Below are positions 48,878 through 61,619 of a stretch of DNA of 64,000 bases, piece after piece. Numbering within the stretch: position 1 is the first letter of the stretch; each line of letters starts with the position of its first letter. Origin of the DNA: Cetorhinus maximus (lineage: Eukaryota); contig NC_135899.1 in assembly GCF_964194155.1 (NCBI RefSeq), positions 68,262,001-68,326,000 on the forward strand, written 5' to 3'. Below the pieces are notes generated by a model. It was not told the origin of the DNA and ran no database searches. It saw only the letters and a program-made list of their open reading frames with translations. Made by a program: the position numbers and the translations under genes.

Positions 48878-50754
48878 GTAAGTTACACCATCCAGTCTAA
48901 CTGTAGGCATTTAATTGCACTGTATTCAATTTTCTGCCAAAATCTTAATTCCATGATCTAATTCATCTGTGTGGTGTTCGGCTATTTCCTTGTTCCTTTC
49001 AGATATTTCAGCTTTTGATCCCTGTTTTGATAATGCTTTTGAAATTGTTTATACTGTTAGCTGCTGAATGTTTAAGGAGAGAATAGTTATTGATGTTTTA
49101 AGGAAATGCTTTGGGAAAATAGTTGGCAATGACATATAGGTAAATTCACACTGATCCCGTTATGAATGGATGAATATACTGTAAGTCTGTCCCATATATA
49201 CAGGGTATTCATAATTAACTGTTGATATTCTATAATTCCCACTTTTCAGATATTTACATTGATTTTGCCTGCATCTCAGAGCGTTCCTTAGTTGAGTTGA
49301 GGTGGTGGGTAGTTGAGCTGCTCCCAGGATTCTGCCATTGCTGTTGTGCTGCTCCCTGATAGAAATTCTTGTGTGAGCCAGCGAAGAGACTCAGTCAATG
49401 ATTGTTTATGTGGAGTGTACCACAGAAATCCCAATCTAAAATGGTATTTAACTAACAAGCAGACACTGCTGCATAACATGGGTGATAAAGCCACACTCAT
49501 ATAATGTTCTGTTGGATCCAGGAGTTTAATTAAAATATTCCACTGGAGGTCATGTAATTTATTTATGCAATGGCCCAAGTTATTAGGATTTGAAAACAGG
49601 AATCTTGGATGTAATGTATTTTGATTTCTATGTGGAATTATGGAGGAGAACTGTAATGGTATGGAAATGACTTGTCATCCTGACAGGTGATAATAGACCT
49701 TGATTCTGTGCAGACATAGCAGCTTCAGAGAAACTCATAACTCGAGTCTACTTTTGAGAATTTGTTTCAGTATTGTGAGGGTCTGATGTTTGCTCTGGGC
49801 TTTACGTACAGCATGCAAAGGTATTCTTTTGTTATTAGTTTGTGTCATTGTAACATTTTTAGTTTGTTAGTGTATTTATGCCTGGAGTTTTCTTAAAAAT
49901 ACGTATTCCAGAGAGGAAAAATAGCTGTGTGTAACCTGTTCATGCAATTCAACCTGAGATGATCAAAATGGGTCCTAAGTAGTCATATGGAAGCTCTGTT
50001 TACAAGAGAGTTCTGCTACTCTATATTAGTTCCTCTTTGAGAGGAACTAAATTCCAATTTAATTCTAGTTCTTTGATTTATTCAGTAGAGCTTAGACTTT
50101 ACCTTTTTGCCTGCCAATTCATTCTGCCCTCTTAATCAACAAGAATACTTTGTGGAAAATAAAAGGAATGCTCTTGAAGCTTTAAAGTGTGCGTATGTTA
50201 TGACATTTTGAAGTGCCTCTCCCAAGTGAGCATTCTTCATGTGTGCAACGAGACACTGAATATTTGTAGGCTATTTACTTTGACCACAATCTCATTTTAA
50301 TGCAAATGCAGGCACAAGTGCACAAGCATACTGTGACTCTCTCTGCCCTCTCACTGGGACTTCAGACTGAAAGCATCAGCAATTGTTGCCAAGCATTTTA
50401 ATATAAGTGTCAGCTGCCCTTGCTTATTCCTGAATCAACACCAACAACATCTAATCAACCAACTGAATCATGCATGTTATGTTTCAGGATAATACTGGCA
50501 TGTTTACCAGCAATTGCTGGTTGCCAGCTGACAGAATGTGGCTTGCGCTGAGTACACAGCTCAGAAGATTACAGTGGGTTAACTCTTGAGTACTCAATCT
50601 CCTAATAGCCCATATAAAGTCCACGTTTCAAATTGTCTAATCTATAAATTCTGGCATTTGTGTATTTCTAAAGTAAAATAATATAATCGGAATTTGGAGA
50701 AGTGTCATGCAGAAGCTTCAAAGAATACTCTCTCTTTTGGATAACTATAATGCT

Positions 50755-50881
50755 GGGTGGGTTTTCCTGTGCCCACCCACTGCCGGATCTTCTGGTTCCA
50801 TCGCAAGTCAATGGACATCCAGCTGGGGCACTGCCTCGCCCGCGGTGGGTCCAGCCCATGACGGGGCCGGAAAATCCCGGC
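50755..50881. mobile_element. MITE-like element, second copy
   Basis: Reverse-complement homolog of 2712-2840 with GGGTGGGTTTTCC...GGAAAATCCCGGC termini. Confidence 0.7.
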
Positions 50882-53800
50882 TATTATCTTCACTGGCACT
50901 TTTCTGACTACAAGTGAATCATTCTTTTTAACGTGATAGCTTAATTTTCAAGCACTACAATCAACTCTAGTAAAAAAAAAAATTGATCTTGCCATTTAAA
51001 TCCTGGAAAAAAATTCAGCTTCTAAATTTTACCACTTGGTGTACTGGTGGCTCAATGGGAAATAACAACAAGAAATGAAAAAAATATTTTATTTTGATAT
51101 TACAGCTTGTATCAAGTGTTCCAGTTTTATTTATTTAATTTTAAACCAATTATATTTTCTATTCTCAAAGTAAAATGGTTTTCATATTTACCTATATTTT
51201 CGATCTTGTCTTGCAGCTCTCTAATATCTGGCAGTGGGAAAAATGGAATGTAAGATTGTCTGGGATTTGTAGCACCTTATTTGCTGACGCAAACATTTAA
51301 TGCTGTACCCGAGCTGAAGGAGTTGGTCAGTTTTAAAACATGTGATAATATTCCTTCACAATTGTTTTGTGGCATTTTGCTGTGAATGTATGTTATTGTT
51401 TAAGTGTAAAATTTCACAGTACAATTACATACTGGTAATTTGTATCCAAAGCTGTAGGACAGTGAAGTCTATTCAGGTCACCCTGTACCCTGAGGCGATT
51501 TACTGTGCTGACTGTGTGCACTACGAGGCGAGTTACACCAATAGAATGTAACTGGGTTGCTATTTAATAGCTGTTTAAAGAGTGTGTTAAAATTTCTGTA
51601 GTGTATTACAAATACGTAACTAAACATTTAAAATAATTGAATGAGTGTGAGAAATGTTGCTGAGGCAATGTTTAGCTGAAGCTATATCATGCAGATTGAA
51701 ATTTTATCAGCAATTTCAAACTGTGTTTTAAGCTTTTTTTTTACATTGTTACATCGCGCTACCCGCACTGCTCAAATTGCACCCATGTGGTTGTGATGTA
51801 ATAATTTGAATAAAGATTTTTGTTTCATCTCTTGGAAAGGTCTGAATTCACATTTTTCCTCTAACACCAGGAAAAGTTACCACAACAATATATTTGTACT
51901 CATTTTGGGCCTCCAGGATGGAAAAAGAACTTCAGAGGAGAAAAAGAATAGGAAATTAGCAGAGGCACCCAAAAATTGCTTGAAAAGATGGAATTTGAGA
52001 GAGCTTTTAAAGGTGTTTTAGGAGGTAGGAGGAATTGAAGTAGAAACAATTGAAAGTATGACCACTATTGGTATGGTGGGGTAAGGAATGCTGAAGGGAG
52101 AACAGGGAGGCTAGAACAACTGGAAGAAAAAGGGGAGCGCAAAATTGAATAATGTTGTAGAGATAGAGTGGAGTGAGGTTGTGGAGAGATTTGTAGATGA
52201 TGAGGATTTAATTTACATTCTGTTCGATGACAGGGAGCCATTGTAGGTCAGTGAAGCTCGGGATAACCAGTAAATAGAGCTCCTAGTGTACTGGAGTTCA
52301 TAGAGGGCGGAGGTCTAAAGGCTAGCAAGGAAGGAAGTGGGGAAATTAGGGGAAATGAATTTTTAATATTGTTCAACCTCCATCTAAATTGGTTACAGTA
52401 CCATAACATCTACATTGCTGGAGTCTATGACCTTGGAAACTCCAGTCTAGTCTTCACATCACTGATAAGCTTGCACAGAAGAATAATTTAACCAATGTAA
52501 TAGTCATCTGAGGGAGGTCTGAAGTGTTCATTTGCACATAGCTCGAGATATTGGAGCACAATATCTTGCACCAGCTATGATGATATTTACATTGAACAGT
52601 GTAGCTTAGGCTTTTTTTCCTTTAAAAAAAATGCCACATCAATTCTAATTTGGAACAGGTCTCCACAGCAGTACTTCCACATTGAATTTGAAAATGAATT
52701 TTGACTTGGTAGCAAGAAGCAAAATAGTGCTAATGCTGGAAATCTAAAACAAAAACTGAAAACTCTGCAAACGCAACAGGTCAGTCAGTAGGTTAAATTG
52801 TACACGGTCGAGGCATTTGAAACTCTGAAGCTATGTAAAACTGCTCAATAACATTCTGTGAAAGACAAAAGGAAAGATTTGCATTTTATACAGTGTCTTT
52901 TATGACCTCCGGACCCCTCAAAGCACTGTACAACCAGTGAAATATTTTTAGAATGGAATCACTGCTGTAATGTATGAAATACAGCAGCTAGTTTGCACAC
53001 AGCAAACTCCTGCAATGTGATAGTAACAGATAACCCATTCTTTTGTGATGTTGATTGAGGGATAAATATTGAGGTTAACTGCGAAGTAGCGCTGCAGGAT
53101 CTTTTACATCCACCTGAGAGCTCAAAAGGAGAATTGGTTTCATACCTCATCCGAAAGGTGGCACTTCAGTTCCAATTTGGAGTGTCTGTTTTGATTTTTG
53201 TGCCCAAATCCTAGAATGGGCTTGAACTCTCAACCTTCTGACTCAAAGGCGAGTGTGCTACTGACTAAGGCAAGGCTGACACTATACTGTAATTCCTACA
53301 GCTGCCTTATCTAAACTGCTTTGGTTTAGATTATCAGTGAGGAGTTCTCCTGCTGCCTTTAGTCTTGTCAAAAATATGAATTTGATAGATGAAATGAAAT
53401 TTACATTTTCCATGTATAAAATTATGTCAAGAAGGTCTACAAGAGGAAACCCTTACTTTTCCATCTAAAAGTATCCATCAGTTGCCAGATTGCAGAAGAG
53501 ATGTGTTCTAGAAGGGTGTTTTAGCTACATGAGACAAATTCTGGGTTCACTGTTTTAAGAGTTGCATGGCCATGCACTATCTGTTACTTGTCTATGTCTA
53601 TTAATTAGCATACACATACATTTGATGTTTTTTCTTAGCTTTCAAGAATTGTTCTGGGTTTGTGATATTTTTCACCTTTCAGGACAAGTGGGGAAAAAGA
53701 ACTTTCAGTGGCTATGAAACACTATATCACTTCATTACTTTTGAAGTGCAGTTGCTATTGTTCAAGTTTAACATGAGAGGATATAGTAGCAGAATTGTTA

Positions 53801-54767
53801 TGTTATTGGATTATTAGTCCAGTGGCCTGGACTAATGATCGAGGGATATGAGTTCAGATCCCACCACGGTAACTGGGGAATTTAAATTCAGCTATTTCAT
53901 TAAATCTGGAATGAAAAAGCTAGTCTCAGTATTGGTGGCCATAAAACTTTGGTTTTATCATTTAAAAACCCAATTGGTTTGCCTTCCTTTAGGAAAGAAA
54001 TTCTCTGGCCCTTATCCAGTCTGGCCTCTGTCTCCAGACCCCTCTGAAATGATTTAGCTAAGCCACTTATATTCAAGCAGGTGGCTCAGATCCATGGGGT
54101 CTTTTATGTCTACTTGAGTGAGGTGACAGGACCTCCATTTATTACAGCATTGACACAGTGCACCACTCCTCAGTTCTGCACTGAACTGTTAGCCTAGCCT
54201 CTGGAGTGGGCCTAAAGGCTATGATCTTCAACCACTGAGTTAAACTGGAAAATGTGCTGGGGAGCCTATACGATCTCCGATGAAGTATATCCTGCTGGTT
54301 GGCTGCTTGTTAAGTCTACACCAGCTAATCTATACACATGTATATAAGATTGCAAGTTTTGGGGTAGACAAAAATATGAGCGTTGGCAGGAAAAAAAACT
54401 AGTTCCATAGAGCCTATCCTTCAAAGTTGTGCTGCTTTAAAGCATCATGATTCGCAACAGTCTACCCACCAACAATCATGTCATCTCCTGTAAGAGGCCA
54501 AAAAAACAGATTAAAAACCCAATCCAATTCCATCCACCCCCCCCCGCCCCCCCACCAATCAGAAAGTTCAGCAACAACCAAATTACCCTCTGGAAATGGT
54601 AATGTGATTAAATTTAGTGAAAATCCAGTGAGGAGGACAAAGCAGAATAATGCAAATGAGATCAAGGTTCTGTCCAGTTCAAATTTCACCAATGCTGCGC
54701 GGGAGTTGTAAATGGCATAGACTGTGGAAGTTGATGTAATTGCTATGGGCAAAACTTGATACTGCTC

Positions 54768-55322
54768 CAACAAAAACAAAATTGGTGAAAAAACTCAGCA
54801 GGTCTGACGGCATCTGCGGAGAGGAATACAGTTAAAGTTTCGAGTCCGTATGACTCTTCATCGGAACTAAGAAATTTAGAAATGAGGTGAAATATAAGCT
54901 GGCTGAGTGGGGGGGGGGGGGGGGGGGGGGGGGGGGACAGGTAGAGCTGGATAGAGGGCCAGTGATAGGTGGAGGCAAAGAAGAGATTGCCAAAGATGTC
55001 ATAGACAAAAGTACAAAGGGGTGTTGATGGTGGTGATGTTAGCTGAGGAATGTGCTAATGATGACATTAAGGGTAGAAAGCAGGACGAGCAAGTTACAGA
55101 TAGCCCTAGTGGGGGTGGGGTGGGGGGAAGGGATCGAAATAGGCTAAAAGGTAGAGATAAAACAATGGATGGAAATACATTTAAAAATAATGGAAATAGG
55201 TGGGAAAAGAAACATATATATATAAAAATGATAAATTATTGGAAAACGGGGGATCGGAAAGGGGGTGGGGATGGAGGAGAGAGTTCATTATCTGAAGTTG
55301 TTGAACTCAATATTAAGTCCAG
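54768..55322 (-). mobile_element. PLE 3' repeat insertion with degenerate hammerhead-like motif (54830-54868)
   Basis: Reverse complement of PLE about 9965-10450; motif AGTT-CCGATGA-A-GAGTC-atacg-GACTC-GAAACTTT-AACT; imperfect TSD AAAAC(T)TGATA[C/G]TGCTC at 54751-54767 and 55323-55338. Confidence 0.88.
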
Positions 55323-55829
55323 AAAACTGATAGTGCTCAGTTAAGTACAAAATGGCATCTTGATCAAGGCTGAACGAGGGCATGTAAAGATTGAGGACAG
55401 AGTTTATATGAATGGAAGAAATTGAGGAGAGAGTAAATTTTTAAAGCTTGTATATTGGAGAACAAAAGCTTAGACGGCCCATTCAAACCGTGGATAAACT
55501 TGTGACTGTGACAAGTTGAATCGTTAAACTTTGGACTGTTTGTTGATGTCCTGTTATGTCGGTGTTGCTATGTTTTTTTAACGTGCAGATCTTGTGCACC
55601 TGACAGCAACATCAAAGCAAACTTGTTGGATTAGGGAAAATCCAGTTTTTTTAAAATTAAAAGCGTGGGCCTTAACCATTTAGAAAGTGCCCTTTTATAT
55701 CTTTTTCAATCCAAAGTGGATGATCTTATATTTTTTACATTGGACAAAATTTTGGCAAATGGGTTTCTTTCATTCACAAAACTCCTTGCGTTTTAAGCTT
55801 CCACGTGCAGTGCTTTCAATCTAGGTTTG

Positions 55830-56160
55830 GGAGAGGGAGATGTCGAGCATGAGGGAGGCGGTGAATGGAAGAGGCAGCAACAAGCAGAGGGTCATGGAGG
55901 GAAGCGGGAAGCTGGAGGGCCGGGGAAGGAGCGGCGAGCAGGAAGGAGGTGGCAAGCAAGAAGGTCAAGGAGGGAGGTGGCAAGTTGAGGGAGGTGGAGA
56001 GTCGAGAGGGTCATGGAGGGAAGCGGTGAGCAGGAGGGAGGCGACGAACAGCAAATCAGGGAGGGATGTGATGAGTCAAGAGAGATGATGAGCAGGAGGG
56101 TCGGGGTGGGAGGCAGCGAGCGAGAGGGTCGGGAGTCAGGAGGGTTGGCAAGCAGGAGGT
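55830..56160. repeat. Purine-rich degenerate tandem repeat
   Basis: Recurrent gagcaggagggaggc / gagggtcatggagggaagcgg units. Confidence 0.6.
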
Positions 56161-56510
56161 AAGTTGAAAGAGTTAGTAACTTGTTAAGAGGATTTTTGTT
56201 AACGCCACTGATCTAGTCATTCTGCTGCAGCTAGTATTGTAGAATTATTAAAGGAAGATTGATTCCAAAGACAGTTGACACATTAAAAGGGCATTCCTAG
56301 GGAATTTGTAATAAATTTTGGTTTCCTAGCTCAGATCTCTGAATAATAATGCAATGGTTCTTGTGAGGTTAATTCATGGGACATTTTAAACTGTGCACAC
56401 TTCCAAATACCACGTCACCCCAATTCACTTTTGTATGCAGTGTGAGAGACAGTTTTCTTTAAAAATGGTGAACCAGTTTATTACTTCACGATTCATAGAT
56501 TTTTAATGGG

Positions 56511-56900
56511 AGTGGCATAGTGGTATTGTCACTGGACTAGTAATTTAGAGACCCAGGGTAATGCTCTGGGGACGTGGGTTCGAACCCCGGCATGGCAGAT
56601 GATGGATTTTGAATTCAATAAAAATCTGGAATTAAAAATCTAATGATGACCATGAAACCATTGTCAACTGTTGTAAAAACCCATCCGGTTTACTAATGTC
56701 CTTCCTGAAAGGAAAGGAAGGGAATTCCTTCCCTATCCTTCCCTTTCCTTTCTACCACCCTTACCTGGTCTGGCCTACATGTGACTCCAGACCCACAGCA
56801 ATGTGGCTGACTCTTAAATGCCCTCTGAACTAGGGCAACAAGGGATGGGTAATAAATGCTGGCCTGGCTAGCGATGCCCACATCCCATAAATGAATATTA
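56511..56900 (+). mobile_element. Full-length tRNA-derived SINE
   Basis: A box TGGCATAGTGG, B box GGTTCGAACCC, 3' tail gggatgggtaataaatgctggcctggctagcgatgcccacatccc; relatives at about 18200, 18975, 35755, 53800 and 57325. Confidence 0.85.
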
Positions 56901-58517
56901 AAAAAGTGCCTTTACTTACCCAAAAACTATCTCAACAGCCATTCTTCCTCCGGTATTCCATTCTCTCGTCACCACAAGCTCTCTCTTCCCCAGTTCCCAG
57001 ATGTTGTTTCCCCCTTCAATGTTCACTTAATTTATAGAGGCAGTGTGTCTTTTTGACCTTCACCCTCCAGTTCACAGGAGCCAACCTCTCTACAAATTCA
57101 CAGAGACACTTCACCTCTGCCTGATTATGTTTGTTGATGTGAAGAAATTAATGAACCATTTTCCTCACAATTCATAGCGGTTTTAAGTAAAGAAAACATT
57201 CTTTCTATTTTGAGCTTGTTAAAATGAAACAAAAGATCCTTGTCTTGTGCAATTGATACCAATCCCTTCTGTCAAATGACTGAAATACAACCACAGCATA
57301 AAAACTAAAGAATGCCTCTCTCATGTATGGTGGTGTAGTGGTTATGGTACTGAACTTAAAACCTTGAGGTCGTGAGTTCAAATGCCACCATGAGCAATTT
57401 AAAGTTGAATTCAGTAAATATGGTGATTTGTGGACTAGCGTGTTACTGTGTCAATGGCGATATTCTCTCTACTTCCATATCTATGGTAACTTTGAAATAT
57501 GTTTAATATATAGGTTTTTTGTTTCTACTGGTGGCTCACATCCGCACATTATCTTGATATTGGTGCACATAACAATATTCACTCTGCAAATGGATGGTAA
57601 AAATTGGAGAGAACACAGATCTCTCCAAATCTTCTATATATGCCAGACTTATGTGCTGTAGTTCTCTTTGCATAAGATTTTGCATAACTCCTTCCTGTGT
57701 TTCGTAACAATGTTCCTACCCCATATGGTTAGCTTCAGTGTTTACCTCACAAACAGACATAAAAACTAATTGACTAAAGGGTGGAGGATCACCCAGCTCC
57801 ACTTTAAAGAGGCATTGTTTCAAGTGCTTTCTCCATATGACAATGAATTACATTCAAACTAATATTCCAATCTTGTACAAAAAATGAGGAAGCTTATGTA
57901 TCATATTGGTTATTCAGCTCCCAGACTTGTTGAACAGGATGTTGGGTTGAATTTTACTCAGATAGTTCATGCAGCCAGGTATTGGGCAGTCTTAAACAAG
58001 TTCTTGATGGGTGTGGGCGTATGTCTATAATTTTGCAAGTAATTAGCACTTAGGTCAGAAGCCTTGCGCTGGTGCTGTACAGAAAAGATATTGAATCTGC
58101 AGTGCTTGGAATCTGATCCTGAAAAAGTGCAGGCAAAATTATTCCTATTTGAGTTTATATTTCCAATTTGTCCTATTTGAATTTTGCTGGGATTGGAGGC
58201 TTGGAAAGGACTATTCAGTGCAATTGCCTTATTGATGATTGAATACTAAATTGGAATACCAAGCGCTCATGGATTTTAAACTTGAGACATGGAGGCTGAG
58301 GTTCCATGGTGTGCACCTATTGCAAGTCTTGAAGTGAAAACCTTGCATACACCTGCAGAAAGTGAGGCATCTTGATTGATAGGTAGAGGAGTGCTTTAAT
58401 CCAGAGTGCACAATGTCAAAACTGCCTAAAGGCTTTGACCTTGAGTATAAAAACTCATTGGGGGGGGTAGGGGGGTGATTTTTTTTTTTAAAGAGGAGAT
58501 TGGTAATTTATTTGATC

Positions 58518-58700
58518 TAAAAACAGAAAATGCTGCAAAAACTCAGCAGGTCTGGTGGAATCTGTGGAGAGAGAAGCAGAGTTAACATTTTGAGTCTGTG
58601 TGACTCTTCTTCTCCACAGATTCTGCCTGGCCTGTTGAGTTTTTCAGCGTTTTCTGTTTTTATTTCAGATTTCCAGCATTTGCAGTATTTTGCTTTTAAC
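58518..58700. mobile_element. ~180-bp hairpin element made of two head-to-head PLE 3' termini
   Basis: aaaacagaaaatgctgcaaaaactcagcagg..tctgtggaga pairs with tctccacaga..cctgttgagtttttcagcgttttctgtttt; loop holds a hammerhead stem II remnant (gagtc..gactc). Confidence 0.8.
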
Positions 58701-60074
58701 TTATTTGATCTGCAACGTCGTGGCACATTACTACCAGCACGGTTGCTGAACAGCTATACAAATTTTGAGGAAAATGAACTTATGGCAGATAAGGTGCATC
58801 CAAGGTCCCTTAATGATAAGAAGAACATTTTTGCAACTCTGGCACATTCTTTTAGAAATCACTGGGACTAGTGAAGGGCAGACGTTATTCTATTTTCAGA
58901 GAAGTAGCAGCAGTGATTTGGGGAACTACACACCAGTAAATCTGTCATCTGATGTGAGTAAAGTTATGCCTTTATTAAAGACAAGATCATGGAGTGTCTG
59001 GATCGAAACAAAATAATAAATGATGGCCATTTTAGCTTGACGGTTTTCTTTTTAGGGTTGGGCAAAGGAGCTTGATAGGGGCAAGACAGTGTGGGGAGAT
59101 GGGGGTGGTGTATTTGGATTCCAGTAAAGCCTTTCATTCAGTTCATCTGGAAAGGCTGGTGCTGAAAATGAAAGTGGAAACCCGTAGAAATATTTTACAA
59201 TGGATATATAATTAGTTAACCAATAGAACCCAGAGGGTTGTGATACAGGGATTGTAATTGGCGTTGGAGGATGTTACCAGTGGCTTTCCACTGGGGTCTG
59301 CTTCTGATTTTTCACTCCAGATCATTCATAAAGTTATGAAGCGAAGTCACAAGGCAAAGTGGCTAAGCCTTCAGGTGGTGCAAAGCTAATAAAGGTGGTT
59401 GACTACAAATGCAAATTAGATTTGTTTTTGAATTAATACTTTGGAATACAGCATATGAGTAATTGAGATAAAATATATGCTAAATGTAGCATGGTTGGGA
59501 GGAACAGGTGACTATTATTCTTGGACCTATGGTTCTCCCTGGCGCTTGCCTCATGTCTTGGTCTGTTGAAGGTAAACTGATAGGTGTTGATTGCTGTTAT
59601 TAGTCAATAAATGCATTATCATGTGACTACCAAAATGGTAGAAGGTGAATCTTGGTCTTTTTTCTTATTCTAATGTCTACCCAATTTAAAGAATGATGCT
59701 TGACTGGCTAGGATTCAAACGCTCTTGTTAATGAAAGTTTAATAGCTAGTTACATATCTATGTTGCCATTCTGAGCAACGTGAGGAATTTGCCAGTAATG
59801 TTTGACTACTAAACTCAAGGTTATTGTTACTGGGAAGCAGAAAAGGTACAATTGCTGTGGTAAAGCGAGGTTCGGACTCCAATTTCCAAACGTCCTGTTT
59901 TTGCCTTTTATTTTTAACCCTTGGCCCACACAAATGCTCTTTTTCCCATTCCTGACAGGAGGGGTGGGGGGTGCAGTGTGGTATAGTCATAAATTGAAAT
60001 GAACACTCAACAATAGGGTGACCAGATTTTCCAAAGCCAAAAACGGGAAACATTGAAAAGCCTTAGGAAGGCAG

Positions 60075-60650
60075 AGCTCTGTATAGAACCTTGGTGAGGC
60101 CACAGTTGGAGTACTGTGTGCAGTTCTGGTCGCCACATTATAGGAAGGATGTGATTGCGCTGGAGGGGGAGCAGAGGAGATTCACCAGGATGTTGCCTGG
60201 GATGAAACATTTAAGTTGTGAAGAGAGGTTGGATAGACTTGGGTTGTTTTCGTTGGAGCAGAGAAGACTGAGGGGGTGACCTGATCGAGGTGTACAAGAT
60301 TATGAGGGGCATGGACAGGGTGGATAGGGAGCAGCTGTTCCCCTTAGTTGAAGGGTCAGTCACAAGGGGGCATAAGTTCAAGGTGAGGGGCAGGAGGTTT
60401 AGGGGGGATGTGAGGAAAAACTTTTTTACCCAGAGGGTGGTGACGGTCTGGAATGCACTGCCTGGGAGGGTGGGGGAGGCGAGTTGCCTCACATCCTTTA
60501 AAAAGTACCTGGATGAGCACTTGGCACGTCATAACATTCAAGGCTATGGGCCAAGTGCTGGTAAATGGGATTAGGTAGGTAGGTCAGATGTTTCTCACGT
60601 GTCGGTGCAGACTCGATGGGCCGAAGGGCCACTTCTGCACTGTGACTCTG
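60075..60650 (+). mobile_element. Relatively young CR1 3' fragment
   Basis: [59 protein letters not shown]. Confidence 0.93.
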
Positions 60651-60882
60651 TGGTGATTGAATGCAACATTCATAATAACACTTGTAGAGAACATTTACTT
60701 TTTGGCAATCTGAATTGTTAGACCATAATTTGTGTTTTAAAATTAATACCAGGAAGCTATGGAAAAGTTTCAAATTGATGTAAAACTGAAACTGGGTGAC
60801 AGAGCTAATTAATAGTATATGGAAAACTGGGATGTTTCACCCCTCACTATTATTGCATTTCTACCTGTGTTCTCTAATGTAG

Positions 60883-61619
60883 GTGCAAATATGGAGGACT
60901 GCAAGATAGCAACAAGTCGTAGTGGGGTGGTTATGCGAGTTGGACTGGAAAGTCGATTTGCGGAACTAGTGGAGAAAACTGATTCCATTCAGTCTTGCAG
61001 AGATGCCTGCTGTCGGAAATGCCACTGCAATGTTGCATGGCTACTGGAAGGGAAATGCTACCTTTTAGACTGCAGGCAACAAGGAAACTGTCAGCTAGAC
61101 CAAACAGGCAAATCAGATTCTCTTTTAATGTTTATTCATAAACTTCCTCCTTGTGGGGATTCACAGAGTCCTGTGCACAGAATTTTAAAAGAAAATTTTC
61201 AATACAAAGCTGAATCAAGGACTTCTGATCTGACCACTACTGACAGAACCCTGGTTATAGGTCACTTATCTGGAAAATCACTGGTAGCAAAGCAAAACAA
61301 AATATTTTCCAGGACAAGACGGGAGGCACCTGCACCATCTGGTAGTCCTACGAAGATGCTACAAATTAATAAAGAATCTACTTCTGAACAGTCTCAAACT
61401 GTACCGCCTATCAATGGCAGCAAGGAATTAAGGCCACCTGGAAACACAGAACATAAAAGCACAAAGCATTTAAAACCACAACAGCATGCAAACGAAGATC
61501 CACAGACCTCTCGGAAAAACCTCAAGGCAAATGACACTGCGAGTGATCAAATTGCTAAACATTCTGCACCCGTTTCAGAGGGGAGAGACTTGGCGGCAAT
61601 ACAGACTCTACCTCCAGAG
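60883..61619 (+). CDS. KIAA0319L: KIAA0319L second coding exon: MANSC-type Cys-rich domain plus Ser/Thr/Pro-rich linker (gene continues beyond the right edge)
   Basis: gtag|GTGCAA...CCAGAG|gtaaat; QSCRDACC...CNVAWLLEGKCYLLDC....C..SDSLLMF matches recalled human QSCWAACC..CHVFWWLEGMCIQADC..SNSMLVF. Confidence 0.9.

Noticed and set aside
56511-56600. tRNA gene
   Set aside because: A/B boxes belong to a SINE head; no proper cloverleaf, and the SINE body follows (same for about 57325-57425)
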